Shown here: one piece after another, positions 1 through 12,500 of the stretch
How positions within the stretch are numbered: position 1 is the stretch's first letter
How the letters are laid out: each line of letters begins with the position of its first letter
Virus record (IMG/VR): IMGVR_UViG_3300017956_000015
Span: 1 to 55,270 of that record
Origin: a virus
Taxonomy: Duplodnaviria > Caudoviricetes
DNA length: 55,270 nucleotides
Strand: one strand, 5' to 3'
Notes under the pieces: generated by a model
What the model saw: the letters and a program-made list of their open reading frames with translations, nothing else
The model's database searches: none
What the model was told of the DNA's origin: nothing
Program-made: the position numbers and the translations under genes

Positions 1-2
1 TG

Positions 3-242
3 ACCTGTGTGCGTATGAACAACCAACAGGGCGAGGGAGCACCGGCCATACTACAGAAGGCGGCCGACAGGGATTTCTCCATTGATAACAAAAAGACAGA
101 TGGCTTCAACACAGCCAAAGGTTTAAAGGAACGTTTCAAGAATTTCGAGAACAGCAGATTTAAAAAAAGTGAACTGATCAACGAGGTAATTAAAAAGACA
201 GGCCCGGGATCATCCAATCCTAGGGGAAGTAGAGGACAGTAG
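3..242 (+). CDS. 3' end of an upstream gene truncated by the window edge; probably a baseplate/tail protein
   Basis: The frame is open from position 3 (T-C-V-R-M-N-N-Q...) to TAG at 240-242 and ends 3 nt before the gp5-like gene. Function is inferred from context only. Confidence 0.5.
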   Translation, partial: TCVRMNNQQGEGAPAILQKAADRDFSIDNKKTDGFNTAKGLKERFKNFENSRFKKSELINEVIKKTGPGSSNPRGSRGQ

Positions 243-245
243 GTA

Positions 246-2588
246 ATGGCATACATAGATCAACGTGGATTCACAGATTCTTTTGACAACCAGAAGAACA
301 TCAACGAGAAGTACATAGACAGCGATCCGGGTCCATACGTGGGGGTGGTCAAGGCCACGACAGATCCGCTGAGAATGGGTAGGTTGGGAGTGAACATTCC
401 CGCCCTCACGAACACGGCCAATCCAACGGTTGACAACATAGTGTGGTGCCAGTATCTGTCACCCTTTTATGGTGCCAAGAGCATCAACGCCACCAGCAAG
501 TCCGATCCCAATGACTACAAGGCCACCCAACACAGTTATGGATTCTGGGCAATACCACCCGACATAGACACAGAGGTTTTGGTGATATTCGCCAAGGGCG
601 AGACCGAGAAGAAGAGTGCGTTCTGGATAGGTTGTGTGCAACAGCCACTGACGAACCAACAGGTGCCGGGCTATGGCGCATCAAAATTCACAGAGCAGGC
701 CGCTGACAGGCTTGACGCCAGGGAGAGGGCAAGGTCAGGACAGACCAACTACGGCACGGACTTTCTGCCAGTGGGCGAGAAGAACCGTAGGATGATTGAC
801 AATGCTTCCACGATAGAATCAGCCAACCAATTCCGTTATCCTGTCAATGACGTATTGGCAGAACAACTTTTAGAGCAGGGTCTCATACAGGACGACATCA
901 GGGGTACAACGTCAAGTTCGGCCAAGAGGGAATCTCCAAGCCAGGTTTTTGGATTGAACACTCCGGGCAGGGTGCGTCCAGATTCTAGGAAATTGAACAT
1001 AGGTATAAACGGAAGCCAGGTGCGTCCAGACAGGAATCCAGGACACAGTTTTGTGATGGACGACGGAGATCTAAATGGCAACAACCAACTGACAAGGATA
1101 AGGACAGCGTCAGGACACCAGTTACTGATGCACGACACACACGGGGTGGTGTACATAGCCAACGGCTCCGGCAACAGTTGGATAGAGATGAACAGTGACG
1201 GGAAAGTTATGATTTACGCACAGGATGGATTCAATCTTAGGTCAGACGGAAACTTCGATCTGCACTCGGGTGGTGACATAAATTTCCACGCCAAGCACAG
1301 CATAAAGTTTACTGCCGAACAAGACCTGGCTCTCAATGCCGAAGGTTACATGCTCACAATGGGACAGAAAGGCGTGTTCAACACTTCTGAAAAAGGCAGT
1401 GTGAGGAGTTTCGCCAGGGACGGTATTACTTCATACACATCAGGCACGCAACTGCATGGCGCCGGGGGAAGAATAGATCTTGCAGGCTCTCAGGTACACT
1501 TTAATTCAGTTGGCGCAAGTCCGTCGTGGGGACCTACTTGGTTGAATCCACAGGCGGCCGGAATAATCACTGACGAGTCACAGAATGATGTCAATCTAAC
1601 TGTGGGAAGAGGAAGTGTGTTAGAGGCCAACACGAAGAAGACAAAGACCACAGTGCCAAATTTGGTCACACACGAACCTTTCACTAGGGCACCGTCGGCA
1701 ATAATAGAGACAGTAAGTCAATGGGAAGATCCTGTGAAGTGGAAAAAACTCAGCAAGACCCCAGGCACACTGGAATACCTTGCCCAACAGAATAGGGAGA
1801 GTGATGTCGAGTACATCAGGAACCTACAGTTCTTTGCGGACCAGAAGAAATATCTCGAGTCACAGGGATTGATTGAAGTCAAAGGCACCGACTTGAACTC
1901 GATTGTGGAAAATGTAAAAATCGATACAATCAACAAAGGCAAGGACATAGGCAAGAACATCCTAAAAACAAATGAATACACTAAAGCAATCAAGGACAAG
2001 GCCTCGTCGTTATTTTCTGGTTCTGAGAATAACATTCCACCATCACTGAGAGGGAAAAATCTAGATGTGAACTTGGTCAAGATGAAGCAACTGTCAGAAA
2101 AATTCACAGCAGGTTACAACGAAATCTACAATGTTAAGAGCGTGGTGCAAAACTTGAAAACCGGTGACATATCACAATTACTAACCAGCAAGGTTGTTGC
2201 AGGAAAAATTGTCAGCGTGGCATCCAAACTAGGAGGCACACTTCTAGGAAGATCTTCAGCAAACAACCTGCCACCGTCTTTGCGTGGCACAGCGGCCGGC
2301 AGGATCACACAGGTTGCAACGGCGTTCAAAGGAGCGGCGGCCAGAGCCGCAACTGCAATAGGCAGTTTCTTCAAAGGTTTTAGTGATGTGCGTCTGAAAG
2401 AGGACATCCAATACGTGGGAAAATCTCCTCGAGGAATTAACATTTATTCGTTTAAATACAAAAAAATACCGGGAAGGTATGTGGGAGTCATGGCACAAGA
2501 AGTTCCATGGGCAAGAGAAATGACAGACACAGGATACTATGTTGTAGATTACAGCAAAGTGGATGTTGAATTTAGGAAGTTAAATTAA
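246..2588 (+). CDS. gp5/VgrG-like baseplate hub/central spike protein with a C-terminal intramolecular chaperone (peptidase S74-type) domain
   Basis: N-terminal OB-fold signature (GPYVGVVK..DPLRMGRL.V.IP...WCQYLSPFYG...YGFWAIPPD..TEVLVIF), a beta-helix-like middle (GHSFVMDDG...RIRTASGHQLLMHD...SWIEM..DG), a THEPF motif, and a C-terminal SDVRLKEDI...GVMAQEV...VDY. Directly upstream of a gp25-like gene. Confidence 0.85.
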   Translation: MAYIDQRGFTDSFDNQKNINEKYIDSDPGPYVGVVKATTDPLRMGRLGVNIPALTNTANPTVDNIVWCQYLSPFYGAKSINATSKSDPNDYKATQHSYGFWAIPPDIDTEVLVIFAKGETEKKSAFWIGCVQQPLTNQQVPGYGASKFTEQAADRLDARERARSGQTNYGTDFLPVGEKNRRMIDNASTIESANQFRYPVNDVLAEQLLEQGLIQDDIRGTTSSSAKRESPSQVFGLNTPGRVRPDSRKLNIGINGSQVRPDRNPGHSFVMDDGDLNGNNQLTRIRTASGHQLLMHDTHGVVYIANGSGNSWIEMNSDGKVMIYAQDGFNLRSDGNFDLHSGGDINFHAKHSIKFTAEQDLALNAEGYMLTMGQKGVFNTSEKGSVRSFARDGITSYTSGTQLHGAGGRIDLAGSQVHFNSVGASPSWGPTWLNPQAAGIITDESQNDVNLTVGRGSVLEANTKKTKTTVPNLVTHEPFTRAPSAIIETVSQWEDPVKWKKLSKTPGTLEYLAQQNRESDVEYIRNLQFFADQKKYLESQGLIEVKGTDLNSIVENVKIDTINKGKDIGKNILKTNEYTKAIKDKASSLFSGSENNIPPSLRGKNLDVNLVKMKQLSEKFTAGYNEIYNVKSVVQNLKTGDISQLLTSKVVAGKIVSVASKLGGTLLGRSSANNLPPSLRGTAAGRITQVATAFKGAAARAATAIGSFFKGFSDVRLKEDIQYVGKSPRGINIYSFKYKKIPGRYVGVMAQEVPWAREMTDTGYYVVDYSKVDVEFRKLN

Positions 2589-3004
2589 TGGCATACGGAG
2601 ACAACAAAAGCGGTTCGGGTTTGGCAAATAGGTCAGTGACCTTCAAGGGGTTTTCCTCTAGGGCCGACCAACAAAATTTCAAACTTTATGATTTTGAGTG
2701 TGCAAAACAGGATCTAATCAACAGGTTATCAGTGCGTAAGGGAGAACGTGTTGAGAACCCAGAGTTCGGCACAATCATATACGATGCAATATTTGAACCT
2801 TTCACAGAACAGTTAAAAGAAGCAATAGTAGAAGACGTGACTGCAAATCTTAACGCTGATCCACGTATAGCCACGGAAGAAATCCTAGTATCGGAAGCAG
2901 ATAAAGGCATAGCCATACAGGCCACAATCACATTTGTTCCCCTTAACATCACAGAGAAACTAAGATTCAACTTTGACGAGAACTCCTTGTTACGTCTATC
3001 TTAA
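2588..3004 (+). CDS. gp25-like baseplate wedge subunit (GPW/gp25 family)
   Basis: KQDLINRL..RKGERVENPEFGT.I.D.IFEP motif, 138 aa, positioned between the gp5-like and gp6-like genes. Confidence 0.9.
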   Translation: MAYGDNKSGSGLANRSVTFKGFSSRADQQNFKLYDFECAKQDLINRLSVRKGERVENPEFGTIIYDAIFEPFTEQLKEAIVEDVTANLNADPRIATEEILVSEADKGIAIQATITFVPLNITEKLRFNFDENSLLRLS

Positions 3005-3024
3005 TATACGCACATTTCCTAACA

Positions 3025-3032
3025 TATAAATA
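3025..3032 (+). promoter_or_regulatory. T4-type late promoter (TATAAATA)
   Basis: Exact T4 late consensus TATAAATA in the 42-nt intergenic gap, 14 nt upstream of the ATG at 3047. Confidence 0.75.
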
Positions 3033-3046
3033 CCGTTGTATATACA

Positions 3047-6000
3047 ATGGCCACAACAGACAGACAGAACAGATTACTAGTAGCCGAGGATTGGCGTAAG
3101 ATCTACCAGGCTTTCCAGCAGGCAGATTTCAAGAGTTACGACTTCGAGACACTGCGTAGGACCATGGTGGCCTATTTGCAAGAGAACTATCCAGATGATT
3201 TCAATGATTTCGTTGAGAGCTCTGAGTACGTTGCACTGATAGATCTGATAGCCTACATAGCACAGGCCCTATCATTCAGGGTCGACCTCAACGCCAGGGA
3301 GAACTTCCTGGAAACGGCGGAGAGGAGAAACAGTGTTCTAAGGTTGGCCAGGCTGATCAACTACAACGCCAAGCGTAACAAACCTGCAACAGGTCTGTTG
3401 AAGATTGATGCAGTATCAACCACACAAGATGTGAATGACTCATCGGGCACAAACCTAGCGAATTCTACCATCATATGGAATGACTCAGCGAACTCCAATT
3501 ACAGAGAGCAGTTCATTGCCATACTCAATGCGGCCAACCAGTCAGGACAGTTGTTCGGTAGTCCAAGAGAGTCCGGCGAGATAGGCGGCATAGACACAGA
3601 GGTCTACACACTGGCATCGAACCAGAATGGTTTACCGATGTATAACTTTTCAAAATCAGTAGGTGGCATTAGCAGATCGTTCGAGGTGGTACCATCCACT
3701 ATAAACAGCAGTGAATCAATTTATGAGTCAGCACCTGTCGAAGGCACAGGTCTAACCTACGTGTACAGGGCAGACGGATCGGGTGATTCATCTAACAACA
3801 CAGGATTCTTTTTACTGTTCAAACAAGGCACGATGCAATTCACAGATTTCACAGTAGACTCTGCTATTACAAATTATGTTAGAAGCATTGATGTGAGCAA
3901 CATCAATGACACAGACGTATGGCTTTACAAGTTGGACCAGTTCGGACAGATAGCGGAAAGTTGGACCAAGGTCCCTTCGCTGTCAGGAAACAATGCAGTC
4001 TACAACTCCCTTTCAAAAAACGAAAGAAATATTTTTAACGTCATAACAAAGAACAATGATGCAATAGATCTTGTGTTTGGTGATGGCACGTTTGCAAACT
4101 TGCCACTTGGATCTTTCAGGACCTACTACAGGATCAGCGACAATGACAAGTACGCTTTACAGCCTAGGGACATGCAGAATATACAAGTCAACGTAGACTA
4201 TCTTGACGCCAATGGTTCACAGCAGACACTGACAATCACTATGAGCCTCAAGGCCAGCGTGTATAACGCCGCGGCCACAGAATCCAACGACTCGATCAGG
4301 ACGAAAGCGGGACAGGTCTACTACTCACAGAACAGGATGATCACGGCGGAGGACTACCAAGTGGTGCCTCTATCTGCGTCTCAGGAAATAGTCAAAGTTA
4401 GATCAGTAAACAGGGCCGCATCAGGAATAAGCAGGGCCAAAGAAATATTAGATCCAACAGGTGCCTATTCGAACGTGAGCGTTTTTGCAGAGGACGGCAT
4501 ACTCTACAGGGAGGAGACTACGCCTACTTTCACATTTACATTTAAAAATAGATCACAGATACAGAACGTGCTTGACACGTCTGTGGAAACAAAACTTAAG
4601 GAAGCATATGCGAGGCAGTTCTACTATGACAAGTATGAATTCAAGAGCCTGACCTCATTGACAGCAACATGGAACTCAAGCACAACATCAACCAACACAA
4701 ACACCGGGTATTTCACATCAGGTGGAGCGTTGGCCACAGGTGATTCTGCAACTTCAAACTTAAAATATGCCAAACCAGGAGCGTTAGTCAAATTCACATC
4801 TCCTGACACTAGAGAATTCCTTGACGGATCTCTTGTTACGTCAGGCACCGACAACGCAGAAGATAGAGCGTGGGCGAAAATTTCAGATGTCGTGGGCGAT
4901 GGGTCAAACGGTGGCCAGGGAAATCTTTCAACAGGCAAGGGACCTATAACACTGGCGGATATTATACCTAATGGTGCTGTGCTGAATTCTGTAATACCAA
5001 ACTTCACCACGTCATTCTCGACCGCACTGGAGACCAATCTACTTGACAGGATAGAGGCATACGAAGATTTTGGACTAAGGTATGATGTTGATTCTGAGAC
5101 TTGGAAAGTGATCACTACCACCAACCTCAGCACTAGTTCGGTATTCAGTCTTAACAACGCAGGAAACACATCAGGCACTAATATAGACGCAAGTTGGTGG
5201 TTCAAGTTCACGAACGACGGAAACACGTACACAGTAACCTATCGTAAAATGGATTACATTTTTGAATCAGAGTCACAGAACAAGTTTCATTTTGACACAG
5301 AAGAGAAAATATATGATTACGCAACAGGACAGGCTGTCAAAGACACAGTGAAAATACTCAAGACCAATTCGATTGTTTCCTCAGGAAATGCAATAGGTTA
5401 TCCTCTGACATGGACAGTAACTGACACGGTCACAGAGGCCGACGGCTTCCAGGACAACCGTAAGATAAAAGTTGGATTCTATGACAGTGACGACGACGGT
5501 GTAGTGGACAATCCCGAACTGTTTGACATTTACGTGGAACCGGACACCAGCGTAGCAACGAAGTTTGTCTTCTTCCAGAAGTACATCAGTTATGACAGCA
5601 TAGAAAGATACAAGCCATATGCGGCTTCAAACTTTGTTGTCACTGCGAACGAGTCAGACATCAACCTCAATACGACAACGTACACAGACGGACAACTGTT
5701 TTATTTCTACGCAGATACCGAGAATGTAATCAAGAAATACAGTAGTTCCACAAACACGCTTTCAACTAACACGGATTATTATGCTAGGATAGGTAGGAGT
5801 TCGATAGACTTCCAGTACAAACACCACGCTGGACAGGAAACTAGGATAGATCCTAGTGTATCAAACATCATTGACTTGTACTTGCTAGAGAGGACTTACG
5901 ATAATCTTTTCAGAATCTGGTTACAAGAAGGTGGAGTTAAGCCAACACCTTCAACAACTGATGCATTGAGAATTAGTTACTCTGGAGTGCTTAATCCTTT

Positions 6001-6529
6001 GAAATCGCTTTCAGACCAGATCATATACCATCCTGTGAAATACAAGTTGTTATTTGGCACCAGTGCCGACGAACAATTACAGGCAACTTTCAAGGTTGTA
6101 AAAAACAAAAACACAAATGTCACAGACGCAGTGATCAAGACCAGAGTGATAGCCGCAATCAATGAGTTCTTCGCATTGGACAACTGGGATTTCGGTGACA
6201 CTTTCTATTTCACAGAACTGGCCGCTTACATACACAATGAACTGGCGCCAGACCTGTTGACAGTTGTGATAGTACCAAACGAGTCAGGACAGAGTTTTGG
6301 GTCTCTGTTCCAGATAAACTCAGCGGCAGACGAAATTTTCATCAGTGGGGCCACCGTTGATGATGTTTCTATCATAAGTGCTTTGGGAGCCAACCAATTG
6401 GAGGCTTCAGGCACAGTAGTAACATCCACATCAACCGCCACAACCAACACAACTACAGGTTCAGCAGTGTCAGGTTCCACTACATCAGGCTCGGGTTCAA
6501 GCACCGGCAGTAGTGGGGCAGGATACTAA
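3047..6529 (+). CDS. gp6-like baseplate wedge protein
   Basis: DFETLR..M..YL...YP..FNDF.ESS...ALID..AY......FR.D..ARENFL.TA.RR.SVL.LA..INY at the N-terminus; FGDG..F..P and ES..SI...A...YY.QNRM.T..DY motifs typical of gp6/baseplate J-like proteins. Confidence 0.88.
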   Translation: MATTDRQNRLLVAEDWRKIYQAFQQADFKSYDFETLRRTMVAYLQENYPDDFNDFVESSEYVALIDLIAYIAQALSFRVDLNARENFLETAERRNSVLRLARLINYNAKRNKPATGLLKIDAVSTTQDVNDSSGTNLANSTIIWNDSANSNYREQFIAILNAANQSGQLFGSPRESGEIGGIDTEVYTLASNQNGLPMYNFSKSVGGISRSFEVVPSTINSSESIYESAPVEGTGLTYVYRADGSGDSSNNTGFFLLFKQGTMQFTDFTVDSAITNYVRSIDVSNINDTDVWLYKLDQFGQIAESWTKVPSLSGNNAVYNSLSKNERNIFNVITKNNDAIDLVFGDGTFANLPLGSFRTYYRISDNDKYALQPRDMQNIQVNVDYLDANGSQQTLTITMSLKASVYNAAATESNDSIRTKAGQVYYSQNRMITAEDYQVVPLSASQEIVKVRSVNRAASGISRAKEILDPTGAYSNVSVFAEDGILYREETTPTFTFTFKNRSQIQNVLDTSVETKLKEAYARQFYYDKYEFKSLTSLTATWNSSTTSTNTNTGYFTSGGALATGDSATSNLKYAKPGALVKFTSPDTREFLDGSLVTSGTDNAEDRAWAKISDVVGDGSNGGQGNLSTGKGPITLADIIPNGAVLNSVIPNFTTSFSTALETNLLDRIEAYEDFGLRYDVDSETWKVITTTNLSTSSVFSLNNAGNTSGTNIDASWWFKFTNDGNTYTVTYRKMDYIFESESQNKFHFDTEEKIYDYATGQAVKDTVKILKTNSIVSSGNAIGYPLTWTVTDTVTEADGFQDNRKIKVGFYDSDDDGVVDNPELFDIYVEPDTSVATKFVFFQKYISYDSIERYKPYAASNFVVTANESDINLNTTTYTDGQLFYFYADTENVIKKYSSSTNTLSTNTDYYARIGRSSIDFQYKHHAGQETRIDPSVSNIIDLYLLERTYDNLFRIWLQEGGVKPTPSTTDALRISYSGVLNPLKSLSDQIIYHPVKYKLLFGTSADEQLQATFKVVKNKNTNVTDAVIKTRVIAAINEFFALDNWDFGDTFYFTELAAYIHNELAPDLLTVVIVPNESGQSFGSLFQINSAADEIFISGATVDDVSIISALGANQLEASGTVVTSTSTATTNTTTGSAVSGSTTSGSGSSTGSSGAGY

Positions 6530-9500
6530 TGGCTGACAAGATAACCAATTCATTAACAAATCAAGAAGTCGTAAAACAAGGCACGAGAGAACTTCGTAGG
6601 ACTGTTCAGCACTTGCCTGCGTTCTACAGGACAGACACGAACCAGAGATTCCTGTCAAGCACCCTGGATCCGTTGGTGCAGAAAGGTTCGCTAGAAAGAT
6701 TGGATGGCTTCGTAGGCAAACAAGACGCATACACAAGGCAGATCGACGACAGGTACGTGTCAGCAACAAGCAGAGACAGGTTCGCGTATCAGTTGGAACC
6801 AACAATCACCTACACTGACAAGGACACCACATCGATCAACCCTGAGGACCAAGTCAAGTTCACAGGGACCTATGACGACTACATAAATCAAATCAAATAC
6901 TTTGGAGGCAAGGTAGGCAATCATGATAGACTAAACAAGGAAGTTGTGTATTCTTGGAATCCTGCGATTGACTACGACAAGTTGGTCAATTATAGGGAGT
7001 ACTACTGGCTGAGTGGCGGCCCTTCGGCTATCGAGATAGATTCCGTGGGCACAGGAGCAGTGGTAGAGTACAAGGTAGAGGCATTGCCAGACGACGGTTC
7101 TACGGGCAGAGCGTTCTCTTTTCCACACCTGGAGAATGAGAGAAATCCAGACATGACTCTGTGGCGTGGCAACACATATAAATTTGTGGTCGACGCACAG
7201 GGACATCCTTTTTACATAATGACGGAACCAAGCAAGGATGGTATAGGTGCAGACGGTTCTACGTCGGTGCTGTATTCAACGGGAGTCACAAACAACGGTG
7301 CTGACAAAGGCACAGTGACTTTTGTCGTACCAGACGGAGCACCAGACACTTTATATTACCAATGCGGTAGCCATGACGGCATGTATGGAATACTACACAT
7401 CCGTACAGTGGCGACCACTTCGTCAATAAATGTGCAAGATGACATTATAGGCACCAAGAATTACAAGTTGAGGACCTTGTCACTTTCAAACGGAATGAAG
7501 ATAAAGTTCCCTTCGAGCAAGGTCACATCGGATTACAAGAACAAAGAGTTCTATGTCGAAGGTGTTGGTGACGCTATTACCCTGACAGATGTCAGCAAAC
7601 TTGCAACGCCCGAGAGTTACGCCACAAATGGTGTGCCGGTAGACAAGGACTACATCACAATCAAGAGAGACAGCCTCGACCAGAACGCTTGGTCGAGATA
7701 TAACAGATGGTTCCATAGGTCAGTGATCGAGACAGCATCAACAGTTAACGGCACAACCACTGTGCTGGACGAGACCGACAGAGCAAAAAGACCAATCATA
7801 GAATTTGACTCAGGACTTTCACTTTACAATAGTGGTACAGTGGCCAAGAATCCTGTTGACCTTTTTGACACAGCGACCACGGACGCATTTTCAAATGTGT
7901 CGGGTAAATTTGGGTACATCATTGACGGTGTTGCAATAACCGACGGAATGCGTATTATTTTTTCAAAAGACACTGATGCGTTGGTACGAAGCAAAATTTA
8001 TGTGGCCAACTTTGTTGACGCAGGCGACTCTTCTGTGTTGTCACTTACTTTGAATGAAGATACAAATGGTACTGCTCTAGACAAGGACACTGTTTACGTC
8101 AAGGGCGGGAATTCCAACAAAGGTAAATCATTTTATTATGACGAGACAACAACCAATTGGAAGTCCACACAACCGAAAACAAAGTTAAACCAACAGCCGT
8201 TGTTCAACATGTATGACAATAATCATACAAGTTATGACGACGCGACAGCGTACCCTAATTCAACTTTTGCAGGAGCGAAAGTTTTCGCCTATGCCACTTC
8301 GGACACGGCAGTCACAGACACTGTGCTGGGCATAAAGGTCAAGTACAACACGATCAACAATGTGGGAGACATGGTTTTCGAGTCTGACCACACCTCAGGA
8401 ACATTCACTTACCAGGACGCTGGCAAGACGGTGACCAAGAATCTTGCGGAAGGACACCTGCACTACACCACGGGCAGGACCACACACAACAGCAAATCCG
8501 CTTGGATCAAGAGGATCAACGAAATAAAACAGCGTGTGATCAGGACACACATAGTGGACGAGACCGAAAAGCGTCTTTTCCCTATTGACTTCTATGCCAA
8601 CTCCGCATCATTGACAGATTTAGAAATTTCGGTCAAAGTCAATGGTGTGAGAAAGACACTGACTACTGACTACACTTTGGTTAACGGTTCAACCAACAAG
8701 TATGTGCGTTTTGTCAAGGAATTGAAAGTAAACGACCAGATCAGGATAGCGGGTTACAGTGCCGCTGACAAGATAGCAGACAAAGGAATATATGAGGTAC
8801 CTGAAAACTTGTCCACAAACAGTTTGAACCAGACCACAGGATCTTTCACATACGGCCAGGTACTTAAACACCTGGTAGATATCTTTGACAAGAACCAAGA
8901 TCTCACAGGAGCGATCCCAGGAAATACCAATCTGAGAGACAAGCCAGACACAAGATTAAAAGGTGGTACTATCATACAGCACCAGGGTTCATTGGTGCCT
9001 GCCATATTCAACCTCATAGATCAACAGGCCAACATAGTATCGGCGATAGATTACGTGAATCTTGAATACGAAAAATGGTACAATGCTTTCCTAACAAAGG
9101 CAACTGGCACCCCATACGAGGGCATAGCCAGAGATAGGGTTGACGAAATTATTGAATCGATCAATCAAGGCAAGAATAGTAGTTTCCCATTCTATTATGA
9201 AGACATGGTGGGTTGGGGACAGAACGTGTCCACGAGGACTTACACTGTGCAAGGCACATCACAGAAAGATTACGCAATAGATTCTCAGCACAGTATGACC
9301 GCTCTCAGCAATCGGGCAGTGTACGTCTATCACAACGATGTCCAATTGACACTGGATACCGATTACACATTCAGCACAACAGACGACAGCATCAACATAT
9401 CAAAAGCACTGGCAGTGGGTGACAAGATAGTGATAAAGGATTACGCCGACACAACTGGAAGTTATATGCCTGTCACTCCAACAAAACTTGGCATATATCC

Positions 9501-12500
9501 AAAGTTCAAACCAGAGTCATTCACTGACGACACATACGTAACAAGTCAGACTGTGATCAGGAGACACGACGGTTCTATTGTAAAAGCATATGGAGATGAA
9601 AGGGATGACCTGATTCTTGAATTAGAAAAAAGGATATACAACAACATTAAGGTCACTTACGACAGAACTTTGTTGGACATATCTGATGTTACTCCAAGTG
9701 CCTTCACTGAAACCGAGTACACACTTAACGAAGTAGACGATATAATGGGACATGACTTCTATGTTTGGGCAGGGAGGAACAATGTGCAGTACATTAACAA
9801 TACTGCTTTTGTTGAAGGATCTCCGTTCACCTATAACTACGCCAACTCTACAAGCCACCTTACAGGCAATAAGTTACCAGGACACTGGAGGGGCATATAC
9901 AAGTTTTTCTATGATACAGATTCTCCGCACACTAGACCTTGGGAGATGTTAGGCTATTCAGAGAAGCCAAGCACCTGGGAAGACACGTATGGTCCAGCAC
10001 CATACACAGCGGGCAATGACGTCCTTTGGAACAAGATAGCAACCGAACCTGGCAGATATGGAAAACCAGGTATAACAAATCATTTACCAGTCGATGCTTC
10101 TGGAAATCTACTTGATCCACTACAGGCAGGATTGATAGACGATTACAACGTACCAGGCAGACGACAGCCATGGAAATTTGGTGATCAAGCACCAGCAGAA
10201 ACTTCTTGGAGAAGATCCAGTGCATATCCTTTCACGGTCTTAAAAACTCTTGCACTGACAAAACCTGCAAAATTCTTTTCTAATTATTTTGATGTTTCGA
10301 GGTTGTCCACAAACATATCTGGTAATCAGATCTATTCTGATACAGGAGTAAGGCAAACCCTTAAAACTTCCAAATACCATCTTGAAACACTGACCGACAA
10401 CAACACAGGATTAACGACGAGATACCAGACCGCAGGATACCAGGTGTTAACTGTGAACTACCTAGTGTCACGTAATCTAGATCCTGTGACGTTCTACTAT
10501 GACAAGATGAAAGATCTTGGTGTGCAGTTAGCATACAAGTTGGGAGGATTCACAGACAAAGACAATATAAAAGTTCTCACAGATTCTGTTTCGCCAGGAT
10601 CAACGGCAGGATCAAAATTTATACCAGATGAGAACTACAAGATATTGTTCAGGACTTCTAACCCCGTACAGAGTTTCAATTATTCTGGTGTGCTTATTGA
10701 AAAGAACACAGACACAACCACAGACACTGACGGGTCTACGAGTACCTACGTTGGTGGATACAAGGTGCTTGGTTACAGCACTACCGATCCTTATTTCAAA
10801 TTTTACTACCCTTTCAAATCAGTCACCTCTGCCAAGATATCCGTGCCAGGTGCATCTGTAAACAGGTACATTTCTTATGACAACACTGTGCAGACCATAC
10901 CTTATGGTTACGTGTTCGAGACTATACAGGATGTGGCAGATTTCTTACAAGGGTATGGACAGTATCTAGAGAAACAGGGTTTCCGATTCAACAAGTATTC
11001 AAACGAGATAAAGGAAACTCTAAACTGGGATAACGCGGTCAGAGAATTCCTGTTCTGGACAACACAGGAATGGGCACCCGGATCAGCGATCACAGTATCA
11101 CCGGCCACTGATGGATTCGAGTTGGACACTGACAACAGCACTGTGGGACAACTGCGTAACCTAGCAGGAGACTATTCACTACTTGATGCCGGTGGTAGGA
11201 AAATAGACATAAGGGAGATAAGCACAAAACGTGTGGGCAAGACTTTTGACCTTAATTTAAAATCCACAGACGTTGGACTATACAATATCTCACTAAACAC
11301 TGTGCAGAAGGAACACATCCTGATTTTTGACAACAGCACTGTGTTCTCCGACATACTATACGAACCATTCACAGGCTTCAGACAGCAGAGGTTAAAGGTT
11401 GTTGGTTGGAAGACAGCGAACTGGAATGGAGACTACTACGCACCAGGCTTCGTGTTTGACGCCGCGCAGGTGACCTACTGGACCGCGAACACTGACTACA
11501 GGTTAGGTGATTCTGTTGAGTACCAAGGGAAATTTTATGTTGCCAAGGTAAACCATAACTCGAGTGAAAAGTTCAGTAATGACAATTGGACCCTCAAGTC
11601 AGAAAAACCTAAACCACAGTTGATACCTAACTTTGACTACAAGATCTCATCGTTCAATGATTTCTACAACCTAGAAACCAACAACTTTGACGAATCACAA
11701 CAAAAACTTGCCCAAAGGTTGATTGGTTACCAAAGCAGAGATTACTTAGAAAATTTATTCGTAAATGATGTCTCACAATACAAGTTCTATCAAGGGTACA
11801 TCAGGGAGAAAGGCACACAGAACGCAATAGACAAGTTGTTGAAAGCCAAGTACGAGAATTCAAACATAGATTTGAGTCTTTATCCGGAATGGATGATCAA
11901 GACAGGAGTTTTTGGAAACACAGACTCTAGGGAAAGCATACAGATCACACTCGATGACGAGTTGGTTAACACAGATCCTCAGAGCATAGAACTGTTAGAT
12001 AATTCTTCCGACAGCAAGGAATATGGCAGATCTCTGGCTGTTGTCAAAGACGACCTGTACTCCAAACCAGTAGAGTACACAGCAAGTACAACTTTCCAAC
12101 TGCTGGATTACAGCAAGGAGGCAGTGGACAGGGACAAGGCACAGGTATACAAAACCGCAGGTTATCCTCAGTTGGAGCAGGTGCAACACACAGCATTCAA
12201 CGTTTCAGAATTACTAGACCTTGACGTGAACAGCATCACCAAAAACGATCTCATCTGGGTAGCAAATAAGGACAATGGTGACTGGGACGTGTTCAGAATG
12301 ACAAACGCTGGAATAAAGATAGATTCTCTGACTACGACCAACAACGCAACTCAACTGACTTTCGTTTTCACAGGATCGCATGGATTGAGTGCAGGCAGTG
12401 CCACGACAGAGGCAGACTACTTCGCGATTAGCAACAGCGAATCTGCTACACTTAACAGAGTATACCAGGTGGCCAGCGTACCAGATCACAAATCCATTGT

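Noticed and set aside
246-6529. Bacterial T6SS/eCIS locus rather than a phage
   Set aside because: T4-type late promoters, phage fibre genes with chaperone domains, dense gene packing and the absence of membrane-complex or housekeeping genes favour a phage genome.
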